From: Amphiscolops sp. MND2022
Lineage: Eukaryota
Assembly: GCA_964187785.1 (NCBI GenBank)
Contig: OZ076409.1
Location: 28,708,001-28,772,000, forward strand
DNA: 64,000 nucleotides
Direction of reading: 5' to 3'
In this document: positions 63,879-64,000 of the stretch, piece by piece
Layout: the number at the start of each line of letters is the position of its first letter
Numbering within the stretch: the first letter of the stretch is position 1
Position numbers and translations under genes: made by a program
Notes under the pieces: generated by a model
Database searches by the model: none
What the model saw: the letters and a program-made list of their open reading frames with translations, nothing else
What the model was told of the DNA's origin: nothing

Positions 63879-64000
63879 TTGGCTAATTAGTTATATCTAT
63901 TTAGGGTAAATTTCATTTTCATATGAAAATGAAATTTATCGTGCAGTAAATTCAGTCTTTTATGTGGTTACATGACATTTCGTCTTATGCAATTTCAACC

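Overview
Repeat-dense eukaryotic DNA with one 200-N gap and no confidently identifiable host gene. It is dominated by four Ty3/gypsy LTR retrotransposons: E1 (+, <1..9733, 5' end outside the window), E2 (-, 15559..20683, TSD TGTCT), E3 (+, 22797..38023, TSD AAGTC) and E4 (-, 40143..59320, 19.2 kb, 2.25-kb LTRs ~99% identical, TSD GGCGA). There are also solo LTRs, several MITE-like elements, a LINE RT remnant and a ~2.17-kb tandem duplication. Main discoveries: (1) E3 and E4 each carry, antisense to gag-pol, a homologous intron-containing ~1000-aa cargo gene with a C-x2-C-x16-H-x5-H zinc finger and a hAT-transposase-like body, sharing an intron position. (2) E4 carries phased arrays (60-70 bp period) of a GATG-N7-GATG motif in both LTRs and, inverted, in internal non-coding DNA, suggesting a protein/binding-site system. 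(3) In E3 and E4 gag starts inside the LTR and reads through the PBS. (4) E1 Pol ends in tandem TARG1/OARD1-like macrodomains. All homology calls are by eye and need profile searches.
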